DNA of 64,000 nucleotides from Veleropilina oligotropha (Eukaryota): NCBI GenBank assembly GCA_048128005.1, contig JBEUKZ010000071.1, positions 558,001 to 622,000 of the forward strand, read 5' to 3'. Shown piece by piece: positions 1 to 9,784 of this stretch (position 1 is its first letter; each line of letters starts with the position of its first letter). The notes under the pieces were generated by a model. It saw only the letters and a program-made list of their open reading frames with translations, ran no database searches and was not told where the DNA came from. The position numbers and the translations under genes were made by a program.

Positions 1-2750
1 CAATTCACTCACCAGACGGCTCTGATTAACAGGATCGCATTTACTCACCTGACGGCGGATCGTCTCTCAATTCACTCACCAGACGGCTCTGATTAACAGG
101 ATCGCATTTACTCACCTGACGGCGGATCGTCTCTCAATTCACTCACCAGACGGCTCTGATTAACAGGATCGCATTCACTCACCAGACGGCTCTGATTAAC
201 AGGATCGCATTTACTCACCAGACGGCTCTGATTAACAGGATCGCATTCACTCACCAGACGGCTCTGATTAACAGGATCGCATTTACTCACCTGACGGCGG
301 ATCGTCTCTCAATTCACTCACCAGACGGCTCTGATTAACAGGATCGCATTCACTCACCAGACGGCTCTGATTAACAGGATCGCATTCACTCACCAGACGG
401 CTCTGATTAACAGGATCGCATTCACTCACCAGACGGCTCTGATTAACAGGATCGCATTCACTCACCTGACGGCTCTGATTAACAGGATCGCATTCACTCA
501 CCAGACGGCTCTGATTAACAGGATCGCATTCACTCACCTGACGGCTCTGATTAACAGGATCGCATTCACTCACCAGACGGCTCTGATTAACAGGATCGCA
601 TTCACTCACCTGACGGCTCTGATTAACAGGATCGCATTCACTCACCAGACGGCTCTGATTAACAGGATCGCATTCACTCACCTGACGGCTCTGATTAACA
701 GGATCGCATTCACTCACCAGACGGCTCTGATTAACAGGATCGCATTCACTCACCAGACGGCGGGTCATCTCTCAATTCACTCACCAGACGGCTCTGATTA
801 ACAGGATCGCATTCACTCACCAGACGGCTCTGATTAACAGGATCGCATTCACTCACCAGACGGCGGATCGTCTCTCAATTCACTCACCAGACGGCTCTGA
901 TTAACAGGATCGCATTCACTCACCAGACGGCGGATCGTCTCTCAATTCACTCACCAGACGGCTCTGATTAACAGGATCGCATTCACTCACCAGACGGCGG
1001 ATCGTCTCTCAATTCACTCACCAGACAGCTCTGATTAACAGGATCGCATTCACTCACCAGACGGCGGATCGTCTCTCAATACACTCACCAGACGGCTCTG
1101 ATTAACAGGATCGCATTCACTCACCTGACGGCGGATCGTCTCTAATTCACTCACCAGACGGCTCTGATTAACAGGATCGCATACACTCACCAGACGGCGG
1201 GTCATCTCTCAATTCACTCACCAGACGGCTCTGATTAACAGGATCGCATTCACTCACCAGACGGCGGGTCATCTCTCAATTCACTCACCAGACGGCTCTG
1301 ATTAACAGGATCGCATTCACTCACCTGACGGCTCTGATTAACAGGATCGCATTCACTCACCAGACGGCTCTGATTAACAGGATCGCATTCACTCACCAGA
1401 CGGCGGATCGTCTCTCAATTCACTCACCAGACGGCTCTGATTAACAGGATCGCATTCACTCACCAGACGGCTCTGATTAACAGGATCGCATTCACTCACC
1501 AGACGGCTCTGATTAACAGGATCGCATTCACTCACCAGACGGCTCTGATTAACAGGATCGCATTCACTCACCAGACGGCTCTGATTAACAGGATCGCATT
1601 CACTCACCAGACGGCTCTGATTAACAGGATCGCATTCACTCACCAGACGGCTCTGATTAACAGGATCGCATTCACTCACCAGACGGCTCTGATTAACAGG
1701 ATCGCATTCACTCACCAGACGGCGGATCGTCTCTCAATTCACTCACCAGACAGCTCTGATTAACAGGATCGCATTCACTCACCAGACGGCGGATCGTCTC
1801 TCAATTCACTCACCAGACGGCTCTGATTAACAGGATCGCATTCACTCACCAGACGGCGGATCGTCTCTCAATTCACTCACCAGACAGCTCTGATTAACAG
1901 GATCGCATTCACTCACCAGACGGCGGATCGTCTCTCAATACACTCACCAGACGGCTCTGATTAACAGGATCGCATTCACTCACCTGACGGCGGATCGTCT
2001 CTAATTCACTCACCAGACGGCTCTGATTAACAGGATCGCATTCACTCACCAGACGGCGGGTCATCTCTCAATTCACTCACCAGACGGCTCTGATTAACAG
2101 GATCGCATTCACTCACCAGACGGCGGGTCATCTCTCAATTCACTCACCAGACGGCTCTGATTAACAGGATCGCATTCACTCACCAGACGGCGGATCGTCT
2201 CTCAATTCACTCACCAGACGGCTCTGATTAACAGGATCGCATTCACTCACCAGACGGCGGATCGTCTCTCAATACACTCACCAGACGGCTCTGATTAACA
2301 GGATCGCATTCACTCACCAGACGGCGGGTCATCTCTCAATTCACTCACCAGACGGCTCTGATTAACAGGATCGCATTCACTCACCAGACGGCGGATCGTC
2401 TCTCAATTCACTCACCAGACGGCTCTGATTAACAGGATCGCATTCACTCACCAGACGGCGGATCGTCTCTCAATTCACTCACCAGACGGCTCTGATTAAC
2501 AGGATCGCATTCACTCACCAGACGGCGGATCGTCTCTCAATTCACTCACCAGACGGCTCTGATTAACAGGATCGCATTCACTCACCAGACGGCGGGTCAT
2601 CTCTCAATTCACTCACCAGACGGCGGATCGTCTCTCAATTCACTCACCAGACGGCTCTGATTAACAGGATCGCATTCACTCACCAGACGGCTCTGATTAC
2701 CAGGATCGCATTCACTCACCAGACGGCTCTGATTAACAGGATCGCATTCA
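1..2750. repeat. Minisatellite of two interleaved monomers (36-bp A and 31-bp B) sharing a 17-bp head
   Basis: A=TTCACTCACCAGACGGCTCTGATTAACAGGATCGCA, B=TTCACTCACCAGACGGCGGATCGTCTCTCAA, arranged as A-runs and AB alternations; runs off the window start. Confidence 0.95.
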
Positions 2751-3047
2751 AATCTTCGGCTCGGCATTTTGCTCAATTACCAGTCACAATTGTTCGTAAT
2801 TATAACTGAATGGTGATAGCAGATTTTCACAGGCGATTATATGACCGATAATATTTTCTCCCGCGATAACACGGACATATCCTGGTATGACCCTGAAGGG
2901 GGTTAAAAGAGGACATTATACAACGATCTAAACCAAAACATTAGTGTTTGTATTCAGTTTAAATATCATACTTTCAGCAAGACCATATCGTGCGAAACCT
3001 ACACATGCTGAATGTATGCGTCCAATAAACCTACACACGCTGAATGT

Positions 3048-3256
3048 ACTGAAGGTGCACGTCCAATAACCGATTAACTGAAGGTGCGCATCCATTAACC
3101 GATTAACTGAAGGTGCGCATCCATTAACTGAAGGTGCACGTCCAATAACTGAAGGTGTTCATCCAATAACTGAAGGTGCGCATCCAATAACTGAAGGTGC
3201 GCATCCAATAACTGAAGGTGCGCATCCAATAACTGAAGGTGGGCATCCAATAACTG
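3048..3256. repeat. ~21-bp tandem repeat
   Basis: Repeated AACTGAAGGTGCGCATCCAAT units with variants. Confidence 0.85.
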
Positions 3257-3679
3257 ATTATTCACAATTTAGATTTATCTGTCATGGTAGAATAGATAGA
3301 AAGATTTTGCTGGACAGTTTTGAGATTTTCTCTCAAGAAAATCATATTAAAAATGGACTTGTTCCTCTAAGATCCTACCGTTTCATGCGAATACAAATTG
3401 GCTGTCGTGGCGGCCATCTTGAATCCGAACAAAACAAAAATCGTTAGGCGGCGTGTCCTCATCATAACTAACGTGCATACCAAATCGGATTAGAACTTTT
3501 CACTGTAGAGCGCACACAAGAAATCTCTGCAGCGGTGGATGAACGATGATTAAACCATACTATCCCCAACTATTGTCTGGTGATACAATAAACACAATTT
3601 GCATGAAGATGATAAGGATTCGCTGAGACATACTCGTTGACTTCTTTCAGACAGGTAAGATTCAATCATAGTGACTTGC

Positions 3680-3822
3680 CTTGTCCCATATCAGCAAGCC
3701 TCCGTCCCCCTGCTCGGCCAGTTCGTACTTCAGACCCGTCAGGCATGTACTCAAGATGTCGGCACATTCCTTCATCGACCAGATTCGTTGATCTTTAATC
3801 ATTGCTGGATTGCTACTCTCAC
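3680..3822 (-). CDS. UBA2: UBA2/SAE2 exon (downstream of the giant intron)
   Basis: AG acceptor at 3823-3824; translates (G)ESSNPAMIKDQRIWSMKECADILSTCLTGLKYELAEQGDGGLLIWDK, matching the KDQ...GDG..LIWDK segment of SAE2; phase agrees with exon 58656-58758; donor is GCAAGT. Confidence 0.88.
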
Positions 3823-3939
3823 CTATTACAGAAAATAAATCACAATACTGTATTAATAAAAAGAACAGTGGATCAGGATGTCCAAATCACCTTCTCATGA
3901 ATCTGAACCTGGTAATCACATATTTAACCACTGCCTAGG

Positions 3940-4286
3940 AGCAGCAGGGGGGGGTCAGTAGACTTTTTAGAATGGGAAAATAAGGCTCCCAGCACTATTT
4001 CAGAACTGAGGTGGTGTAGTACGAGCCCCTAAGGCAGTTTAGACTAGGGGCCCACGGCCGCCGGGGAGGCTCCCAGCCCTATTTCGGGACTGAGGGTAGG
4101 GCTTGTATTACAAAAAGTCACCGTGTGTACAGAGCAGGGGGGGGTGAGTATACTTTTTAGAATGGAAAAATAAGGCTCCCAGCACCTGTTCAGAACCGAG
4201 GGGGTAGTACTGGGGGGGACTAGGCAGTTTAGACTAGGGGCCCACGGCCGCCGGGGAGGCTCCCAGCCCTATTTCGGGACTGAGGG
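3940..4286 (+). repeat. Left terminal inverted repeat (two ~190-bp tandem units; second unit extends to ~4320)
   Basis: Reverse complement of 19396-19734 with a few mismatches; unit 1 starts 3940, unit 2 starts ~4131. Confidence 0.93.
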
Positions 4287-4968
4287 TATGGCTTGTATTA
4301 CAAAAGTCACCGTGTGTACATCGCCGTCCTGAACTAGGTAGCTTAGAATAGTCTATGTGGGCCGCGCTGTCAATGTTATTATTTAATTTTGCGTCCTGGT
4401 CTTTCATAGAGCTGACATAGTGTTTCCTTTCTCGAGAATCTTTATTGCCAACTCGGCGCAATAAACTGTCGACTCATCGTGCCACGTGACAATGACTCAA
4501 CGAGAATACTGTAACGACGTAAACAAGGTTACAAAAATCTTTTTTCTGTGCTAACCGGAAGTTTGGTTACAAAAATATTTTTTCTGGACCAAATAGTTTT
4601 ATCTGGGCCAAATCTTTTTATATCTGGGTCGACCTCAGCGAGTATGCATTGACAGCCAGCAATTTCTGCGTCAAACAAAATGCGATTCGCCTAATACTAC
4701 ACACGACCAAGGTATCCATGGGCACTGTTCGCGACTAGGCATTCAACGCAAACAATTATCCATTGATACATGCACTGCGAGGTATTTCATTCATAAATCG
4801 GACAATGGATCGACGAGCGCGACCTGAAAAATGTAGAAGGTCACAGCCTAAGAATGCGAGAACGACAGCCATTCATAACGCCGATTGCAGTTTAGAAGTG
4901 CACGGTAGAGCTAGCTATATGAATATGAAGTTACCCGATGTTAAAGTGCAATTACACAACGGCTGATG

Positions 4969-5334
4969 TCAGATTTTTCTCCACGCACCGAAGCAGCCAG
5001 ACAGCATGGTGTAATACTCCCCATTTTTGCCAGGACATAGGGAGGGGGGCGAACACTGGACACATGTGACAGTATCTGGGGGTGTGGGAGGGCCGCAGTC
5101 ATTCTCCCCGATAACGTAGTAGTGACACGACGGTGGGGAGACATCAGGGGGGTCTCCCAGGCGTAGTAGCAAGTTTCTACGCAAGGGGTCAAATCGGGCG
5201 TTATGCCTGGGGTGATTTCGGTACCTAGCCCACGTGTGTTCGAGAATTAATGCAGTGTTGTGTGTCGACGTCTGGGTGGAGACACCCCCTAGCCAGCACA
5301 CCGCGGCAATGCACAGAAGTAGTATTGATTTCAT
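4969..5334 (-). CDS. Putative secreted cysteine-rich viral protein (~121 aa)
   Basis: ATG at 5334; MKSILLLCIAAVCWLGGVST resembles a signal peptide; six Cys in the C-terminal half. Confidence 0.6.
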   Translation of the reverse strand: MKSILLLCIAAVCWLGGVSTQTSTHNTALILEHTWARYRNHPRHNARFDPLRRNLLLRLGDPPDVSPPSCHYYVIGENDCGPPTPPDTVTCVQCSPPSLCPGKNGEYYTMLSGCFGAWRKI

Positions 5335-5417
5335 GGCTTGTCCAGATATCACTGTCCAGTTCAAGCTTCAATACGGGGGAGGGGGGTCCCCACCCACCCC
5401 ACGATCGACCTGGATGG

Positions 5418-6045
5418 TTAGTCGCCAGCCCCGATTTTTTTAAGTAGCTCTGCGCGTCCCTCTTTACGACCACGCTCAATGAGCTCGCTCTGGGTCTGTG
5501 TGCGGTGTGCGCCTTTAGACTCTTGAGGCGAACCGTGGCCTTCATTGTCCGATATTTTTCCATCTCCCCCGTGACGAGTTGAAATTCCTCATCAGACATC
5601 TCCCCATCCGCTAGGGCCTTTGAGACGTGGTCAGAAATTGTATTAAGTTTGCTCTCGGCCAGGGCTCGAATCTCGTTGTGCTTCTTGGCCTTCACTTGGA
5701 GGCGGCGGCTAATGTATTTCCCACCCATACTCGCGAGCCCACACCCCAATGCCGCTAATTCCAGCACTAGGACCACCGGGCCGCAACGATCGTGGATAAT
5801 AGTCCAATTCCGGCGCTGCCCATACCAAGGGTCGCCACGACCAGGGCCGAGTCGATCCCGTCAACGACATTAACTCCTCGTCGGTATTTTTTATACAGTG
5901 CAGCCCGTGTGTCCCTTTCTCGTTCTAGCTGTCCCTGGAGCTCATTCACTTTCTGTAGTCGGAAAGACTGTGCCTCCGGAACTTCCGAAAGCACATCGCC
6001 ATCAAGCTGTGGGTACAGTGTTGGCGCTGAGGGTTTGTTTTCCAT
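5418..6045 (-). pseudogene. Frameshifted viral membrane protein (coiled coil + hydrophobic hairpin)
   Basis: ORF 5767-6045 (...GIGLLSTIVAA) continues as (P)VVLVLELAALGCG...KAKKHNEIRALAESKLNTI after a 1-nt shift at ~5780; a second shift near 5497 gives QSELIERGRKEGRAELLKKIGAGD* ending at 5418. Confidence 0.65.
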
Positions 6046-6416
6046 TACACGTGGCTGTATTGTTCAGCCTGTTGATTTCGAATGTCTACCGTAACGTTCA
6101 AATACAGGGTGCCTACCCAGGGGGCCTTGATGGTGAAGGCGAGGGTCAACTTGTCCGAGTCCAGGCCAAGGCTATTTATGGAACATGCTTTGGGGGCGCC
6201 CCCGGCCGGCTGGACCGGCGTCATGTGGATCATTAGCAGGGCTGGATTCAACCCAAACTGACCTCCAGTGTTTGGAATCCTGAACCCAGCCCTCGCCAGC
6301 CCCTTCTTGGGTGCTTCCCCACAACTAAGAACAAAGTGCCACTGGGTCGCTGAAGGCTTTTCTGCGAGAAGGGGTGGGGGTGGGAGTGGAAGGGTCCCAT
6401 AAATGCTGGTGCTCAT
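6045..6416 (-). CDS. Hypothetical viral protein, 123 aa (beta-rich; possible virion/fibre component)
   Basis: ATG ORF coupled to both neighbours (ATGA overlap with penton stop, TAATG overlap with next gene). Confidence 0.65.
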   Translation of the reverse strand: MSTSIYGTLPLPPPPLLAEKPSATQWHFVLSCGEAPKKGLARAGFRIPNTGGQFGLNPALLMIHMTPVQPAGGAPKACSINSLGLDSDKLTLAFTIKAPWVGTLYLNVTVDIRNQQAEQYSHV

Positions 6417-7150
6417 TGTATCTCGAGGACTGCGGAAATAGGCATACCGTGATTGTCGAGCATCTTTCCATCTGAGTCTGTTACGTACACCTTCAATTCT
6501 GTGAGGAGTCCGGCCTGCAGTCGCCGAAATTCCGGATAACTGTGGTGGTGGGCAGCCTCACCGAACATCTGCGACGTTATAGGGACCACCGCGAGAATAT
6601 TGCTCGGGGCGCCGTCCTTCACATTGTGTGTTGTACTGAGCTGCTCCAGGTGAACGTGTAGGGTCGCAGCTATGGCAAACCCTACCGGCTTGTTCCCGTC
6701 ATACGTCCCGGGACGTAGCCACTCGGATCTCTCCGGAGGGGGAGGTCGGCCCCGTACTCCCCGAAGGGGTGGGTTCAGATTCCCCGATTTATCGAGAATG
6801 AACGAAGAAAGGTTTAAGCCGAGGAGTATTCGTATATCGTCGCTTATCGCGAGGCGGGTCCCCTCTGGGACAACGAGTTGCGCGAGTCCGGTAGCACGGC
6901 TCACATCTAGCTGTATGTTAACTAGCGACCTCTTCATTGTCTTGGCGAGGGAATCGAAGCTGTAGAAACCCGGTGCCACCTCCACCGTGGTGTTGGGGGT
7001 CTGGAAGAAGGCTCCTGCGTGTACGTTATTCCAACCGACCCAGTAGTCGAGCGAGCGCAATCCGACACAGAGCTTGCCTTCCCGGTTATCAATCGGCTGC
7101 AGGAGGGCAACCGCGGTCCCCGTTTGAACACTCGTTAATGTGTGGAACAT
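6413..7150 (-). CDS. Minor capsid protein (penton, single jelly-roll)
   Basis: 245 aa; N-terminal VGLRSL, central PGFYS, C-terminal ELKVYVTDSDGKMLDNHGMPISAVLEI typical of Polinton/PLV pentons. Confidence 0.8.
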   Translation of the reverse strand: MFHTLTSVQTGTAVALLQPIDNREGKLCVGLRSLDYWVGWNNVHAGAFFQTPNTTVEVAPGFYSFDSLAKTMKRSLVNIQLDVSRATGLAQLVVPEGTRLAISDDIRILLGLNLSSFILDKSGNLNPPLRGVRGRPPPPERSEWLRPGTYDGNKPVGFAIAATLHVHLEQLSTTHNVKDGAPSNILAVVPITSQMFGEAAHHHSYPEFRRLQAGLLTELKVYVTDSDGKMLDNHGMPISAVLEIQ

Positions 7151-7154
7151 AGCT

Positions 7155-8450
7155 ATGGCTCTTAGCCCCTTTGCGTTTAATGGGAGTGCGGCCTATCCGA
7201 CCGGTGTGGTGTACCCAGCGAAGATCCAAGATGAGCAGCTTACAAAACCAAGCGTCGTTGTCTCCTCGTCTGAATCTCCGGCATTCGGGGCAGTCTTCCC
7301 AGACGTCTTCCAAAAGTATCGCCTCCCAAATGTCGCGAGTGACCGGCTAATCCATGCCTGGCACAGCACGCCGATGAGGTATTGGCAGAACAAGGTCAAC
7401 TTCGCCGTCTGGTGTGCCACAACAGGTTCCGGGATCTCATCAGAAGACCACTTAAATGCGACCGACCCCCTCTCCAGAGCCGTATTCACCTTCCACGTCT
7501 ACTATCAGGTCCGAAGGATACTGTCCGAAATTCAGGCGCCGCTGCCCCAAGACGCGACATGGGACGCCTTCGACACCCCGTATGACCGAAGGGCATATGA
7601 AAAGATCTGCAGCGAATTCGGATTGTCCCCACATACCGACTGGCGAGTCGAGGGTCCCAACGGCGGACTAGGCACCGCTTTCAGCTACTGGACGAACAAC
7701 GGCTACCACCCCATAGGACGTGAGTACGATCCAAGCCGTATGTCATTCACAAAAGGTACGACCAACTCGAATCTGCACGTGGACTACATCGCGCAAGCGC
7801 AGGCGCTGACAGACGGATGGGCTTCCTTCATCCTGGACAAGTCGGTGGGATTCACGAGGGCCGGCGTGGAGAGGCTCAATGATTCCATCAGGACCTACGT
7901 CTGGGCGATTCTTGGAGCGCAGGCTCAAACGCGTGCAGGCATTCTGGGTAGTGGGACGGCATTTGACGCGCAGAAACAGTTCCTGGCCAACGTGGAAGAT
8001 GCCATCTCGTCACCAGTGGACCTGCCATCAGCCATCAAGCGGTACCAGGAGGTGCTACAGTATGCGAGGTCCAAAGTGGACTATGTCTTCGGACATGGCC
8101 TGTACATGGCGCCCAGTGACATGCTCCTGCGAATAGGTCAGATGAAGGGGTACAACAATGAGATCGTCGTCGCCACGGAAAACCAGACACTGGGTCTTAA
8201 TACGACCGTCAATGCGGCCAGTGTTCCACCCAACGCCGGAGGGGAGACTGGAGAGAAAGGACTGGTAATTCCACAAGACGCAGTCTTACGGGCAGCTGCT
8301 CCGAAGCATCCAAACGCTGAGGCGGGGGCAGCTGTTTCAGCCGCGGGGGCAGCTGGCCAGTCACATGACGAGGAGAAAACCGCACTTATTGTGGGTGGCG
8401 TCGTCGTTGGCCTAGCGTTCATTTGGCTGGCAGCACCCCAAACCGGCTAG
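7155..8450 (+). CDS. Hypothetical viral protein (~431 aa) with C-terminal transmembrane anchor
   Basis: Long intact ORF, likely start MALSPF at 7155; ends ...EEKTALIVGGVVVGLAFIWLAA. Confidence 0.8.
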   Translation: MALSPFAFNGSAAYPTGVVYPAKIQDEQLTKPSVVVSSSESPAFGAVFPDVFQKYRLPNVASDRLIHAWHSTPMRYWQNKVNFAVWCATTGSGISSEDHLNATDPLSRAVFTFHVYYQVRRILSEIQAPLPQDATWDAFDTPYDRRAYEKICSEFGLSPHTDWRVEGPNGGLGTAFSYWTNNGYHPIGREYDPSRMSFTKGTTNSNLHVDYIAQAQALTDGWASFILDKSVGFTRAGVERLNDSIRTYVWAILGAQAQTRAGILGSGTAFDAQKQFLANVEDAISSPVDLPSAIKRYQEVLQYARSKVDYVFGHGLYMAPSDMLLRIGQMKGYNNEIVVATENQTLGLNTTVNAASVPPNAGGETGEKGLVIPQDAVLRAAAPKHPNAEAGAAVSAAGAAGQSHDEEKTALIVGGVVVGLAFIWLAAPQTG

Positions 8451-9741
8451 CGGCCATCAGAAGCAAGCCCCCGACGGATATAATCACAGCCCACAGGTGG
8501 TCAGCCAGCCACGATGCTGTCTTGCCAACCAAGTTGATAAGCCAGGAAAGCAAGCTGCCAATCATTCCTGGAAGTGCCGCTGCCACCTTCCCCGCTAGTT
8601 TGCCTAGAATCCGACTCAGGGCTTGCAGCTGCTTTTTGACCCATTCCTTCACGCCTTTACCACTGGGAGGTGGTGGTGTTGGTGCGATGCTCGGCGCTCC
8701 GCCTGTCAGGGCTAGTACCAAAGTCGAGATGGCCATACCAATCGCGGTCAGTATAGTCACGATTGTGACCCCTTGCTTGCGGAATAGGGTCCGGACGCGC
8801 TCGGCAAGCGTCGTGTCTGAGTGGAGTATCCGACTTATCATCTCTCGGATCCGGCTGATTTGAGAGCGAAGGGCTTCCCGGCTTGATGAGGCTGCCTCTA
8901 GTCTGGCTTCTCGTTCATCATTCAAGTTGCGCAGACGTTCCGCGATGCGTCGACGAACGAACTCATCCACACCCCCCTCTTCATCTGCCTGATCGAGCTT
9001 CCTCTTCTCCAGGGCTATGTGGTCGTCCAGCGCCGTTAGCTTGGCCAGGTTGTTCGTGAGTTCGCCTCGGATTGTCTGCATCGCCTTGTCCAGGCCGCGA
9101 AGCTCACGAAGATTTAATGGGGGGTCCCCCATCGTGCCTAAGATCTCATCAACCTCAGCATCTGTGAACGTCGTCTCCATTGTGTGGATTGCTACTGATG
9201 CCTCAGTAGCTGTCTGCCCCAAGTCCCGCAGTTCCACGTTGTCTACGTTGGCCGCCGCACCGCTCAACTCGTTGTCGGCGGTCTGAAAAGCTGCGACGGC
9301 TTTTGAGGACATCTTCTGTCCCCCTTTCCCCCGCTTCTCTGGCCGCTTCCATGCTGCGAACCCCAACCCATCTCTGATCGCTTTACCCCCTTTACGCCGG
9401 TTAGCTAGTGTTGTCAGCAAATTTGGTTTTTTGGACCTAGAATTGATGAGATCGACGTGTGGAAAGTCCTTCAGCCGCAATCCCTCCCCCTCGACATACT
9501 CGAACTGGGCATAATCACGATACGGGGGCGGGGTCTGCCCCTCCTTCGACAGGGCTTCATAGTAGCCATCCACTGCATCTTTCACGAGCTCTTGCCGAAG
9601 ATCGCTGGTTCCTTCCTGTGGCGACCGGTTGGCGGATCTATCCACATCAATATCGTCGATGATGGTATCATCGTTGTCGATGAGATCATCATTGTCGATG
9701 AAATCATCAAGCTCGAATGCGGGGTTCGGGAATTCCGCCAT
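8419..9741 (-). CDS. Viral coiled-coil protein with long hydrophobic/amphipathic C-terminus (~440 aa)
   Basis: ATG at 9741 (MAEFPNPAF); acidic N-terminus, heptad-rich middle, GVTIVTILTAIGMAISTLVLAL and further hydrophobic helices. Confidence 0.8.
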   Translation of the reverse strand: MAEFPNPAFELDDFIDNDDLIDNDDTIIDDIDVDRSANRSPQEGTSDLRQELVKDAVDGYYEALSKEGQTPPPYRDYAQFEYVEGEGLRLKDFPHVDLINSRSKKPNLLTTLANRRKGGKAIRDGLGFAAWKRPEKRGKGGQKMSSKAVAAFQTADNELSGAAANVDNVELRDLGQTATEASVAIHTMETTFTDAEVDEILGTMGDPPLNLRELRGLDKAMQTIRGELTNNLAKLTALDDHIALEKRKLDQADEEGGVDEFVRRRIAERLRNLNDEREARLEAASSSREALRSQISRIREMISRILHSDTTLAERVRTLFRKQGVTIVTILTAIGMAISTLVLALTGGAPSIAPTPPPPSGKGVKEWVKKQLQALSRILGKLAGKVAAALPGMIGSLLSWLINLVGKTASWLADHLWAVIISVGGLLLMAASRFGVLPAK

Positions 9742-9784
9742 TTGAATACAACCCGCTGGGTACGCATCTAATTCAGCCAACAAC

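Noticed and set aside
1..2750. CRISPR array or repeat protein (CDPVNQSRLVSE)n
   Set aside because: No unique spacers, no cas genes, eukaryotic context; the ORFs arise because the 36-bp unit lacks stops in one frame
2990..3030. Possible next UBA2 exon (HTFSM-like peptide on the minus strand)
   Set aside because: No DD..AMDFV..A.NLR context or proper splice sites; the next exon is probably outside the window
3935..3940. 6-bp TSD CTAGGA
   Set aside because: Requires asymmetric ends (GCAG... vs ...CTGCT); symmetric AG...CT termini give 5 bp; kept as an ambiguity only
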